A stretch of DNA of 64,000 bases, from contig CM060734.1 of assembly GCA_030704615.1 (NCBI GenBank), positions 28,830,001-28,894,000 on the forward strand. Reading direction: 5' to 3'. Made by a program: the position numbers and the translations under genes. Source of the DNA: Takakia lepidozioides (lineage: Eukaryota; Plantae; Bryophyta). Positions 63,401 through 64,000 of the stretch are shown here, in pieces. Below the pieces are notes generated by a model, which saw only the letters and a list, made by a program, of their open reading frames with translations, did not search any database and was not told the DNA's origin. Numbering within the stretch: the first letter of the stretch is position 1; every line of letters begins with the position of its first letter.

Positions 63401-64000
63401 ACTTGGGAGCTGGGTAGAGTCCAATTCTGCTCCCTGTTGCTCCCGTCAGACCCAGAACCCTTAGGCCTAGTTAACATTTATGCCCCTAATAATGTTATGG
63501 ATCGTTCTGCCCTGTGGGAGTTGATTAACTTAAACATTTGCAGCCATAAGGAAATCAACAATTGGGTTCTAGGGGGGGACTTTAATATGGTGGAGAATGA
63601 CTCGGACAGAAGAGGATCTGCGACAGCACCCCTCAACCCGGAGGAAGAGGCAGTTTGGCAATCTCTCCTCCAAACTCACAGCCTGGTGAAAATCCTCCCC
63701 GACACCCATCTCAATCTAGGCTCCTCCCCTCACTTCACCTGGTCCAACAATAGGGCACTGGAACACCTCAGTATGGCCTGCCTGGATAGGTTTTACCTCT
63801 CGCTGCCTTTATCCATCAATGCTACTAGAAAGCCGCAAGAACCCATTACCCAAGGTTTTGATCACGCCCTCATTGAAGCTTCGCTGTCTTTCCCTAACGC
63901 TCATCGTAGAGGTAGGGGTATCTACAGGCTAAACTCCTCCCTTCTCAATATTCCATCCTTTAAGCATGCATTAAAGGATGATTGGCATAATTCAGGCAAC
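60500..64000 (+). mobile_element. L1-like LINE: long ORF1 with CCHC knuckle (60733-63131, frameshifted) and ORF2 APE domain (from ~63130, runs off the window)
   Basis: CYYCGRTGHLKDVC in ORF1. APE motifs SSWNIRG, FLQEHKL, VNIYAPN, WVLGGDFNMV, FTWSN, LDRFY and FDH. Confidence 0.9.

Overview
This is plant nuclear genomic DNA, probably from a non-seed land plant (inferred from the gene and TE repertoire), and it is very TE-rich. Host genes: an apparently intact 3-exon PRCC-like gene (345-3208, +), an intronless, disrupted bestrophin/VCCN-like (UPF0187) gene (10202-11420, +), and a 12-exon ESV1 starch-granule protein gene (45432-53180, +). TEs: a full-length Copia element (4991-9800) with LTRs, PBS, PPT and TSD; a Gypsy element with a PHD finger after its integrase; Dualen/RandI-like LINE pieces; L1-like LINEs; short LINE 3' fragments; and a probable non-autonomous Helitron. 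The main finding is a Mutator-like (MULE) transposon family. It is present as a complete 10.1-kb copy with a 9-bp TSD (26227-36336), a diverged partial copy (~55600-58518) and a 1.66-kb non-autonomous copy (21289-22949). Divergent from its DDE-SWIM transposase, the element carries a spliced accessory gene encoding a ParB/Srx-like domain fused to a beta-class amino-DNA-methyltransferase-like domain. Each family member also carries its own array of roughly 22-35-bp palindromes, placed in the homologous intron in the two gene-bearing copies. This looks like a candidate transposon-encoded self-recognition or epigenetic (anti-silencing) system. All family assignments come from motif recognition by eye; no database searches were run.
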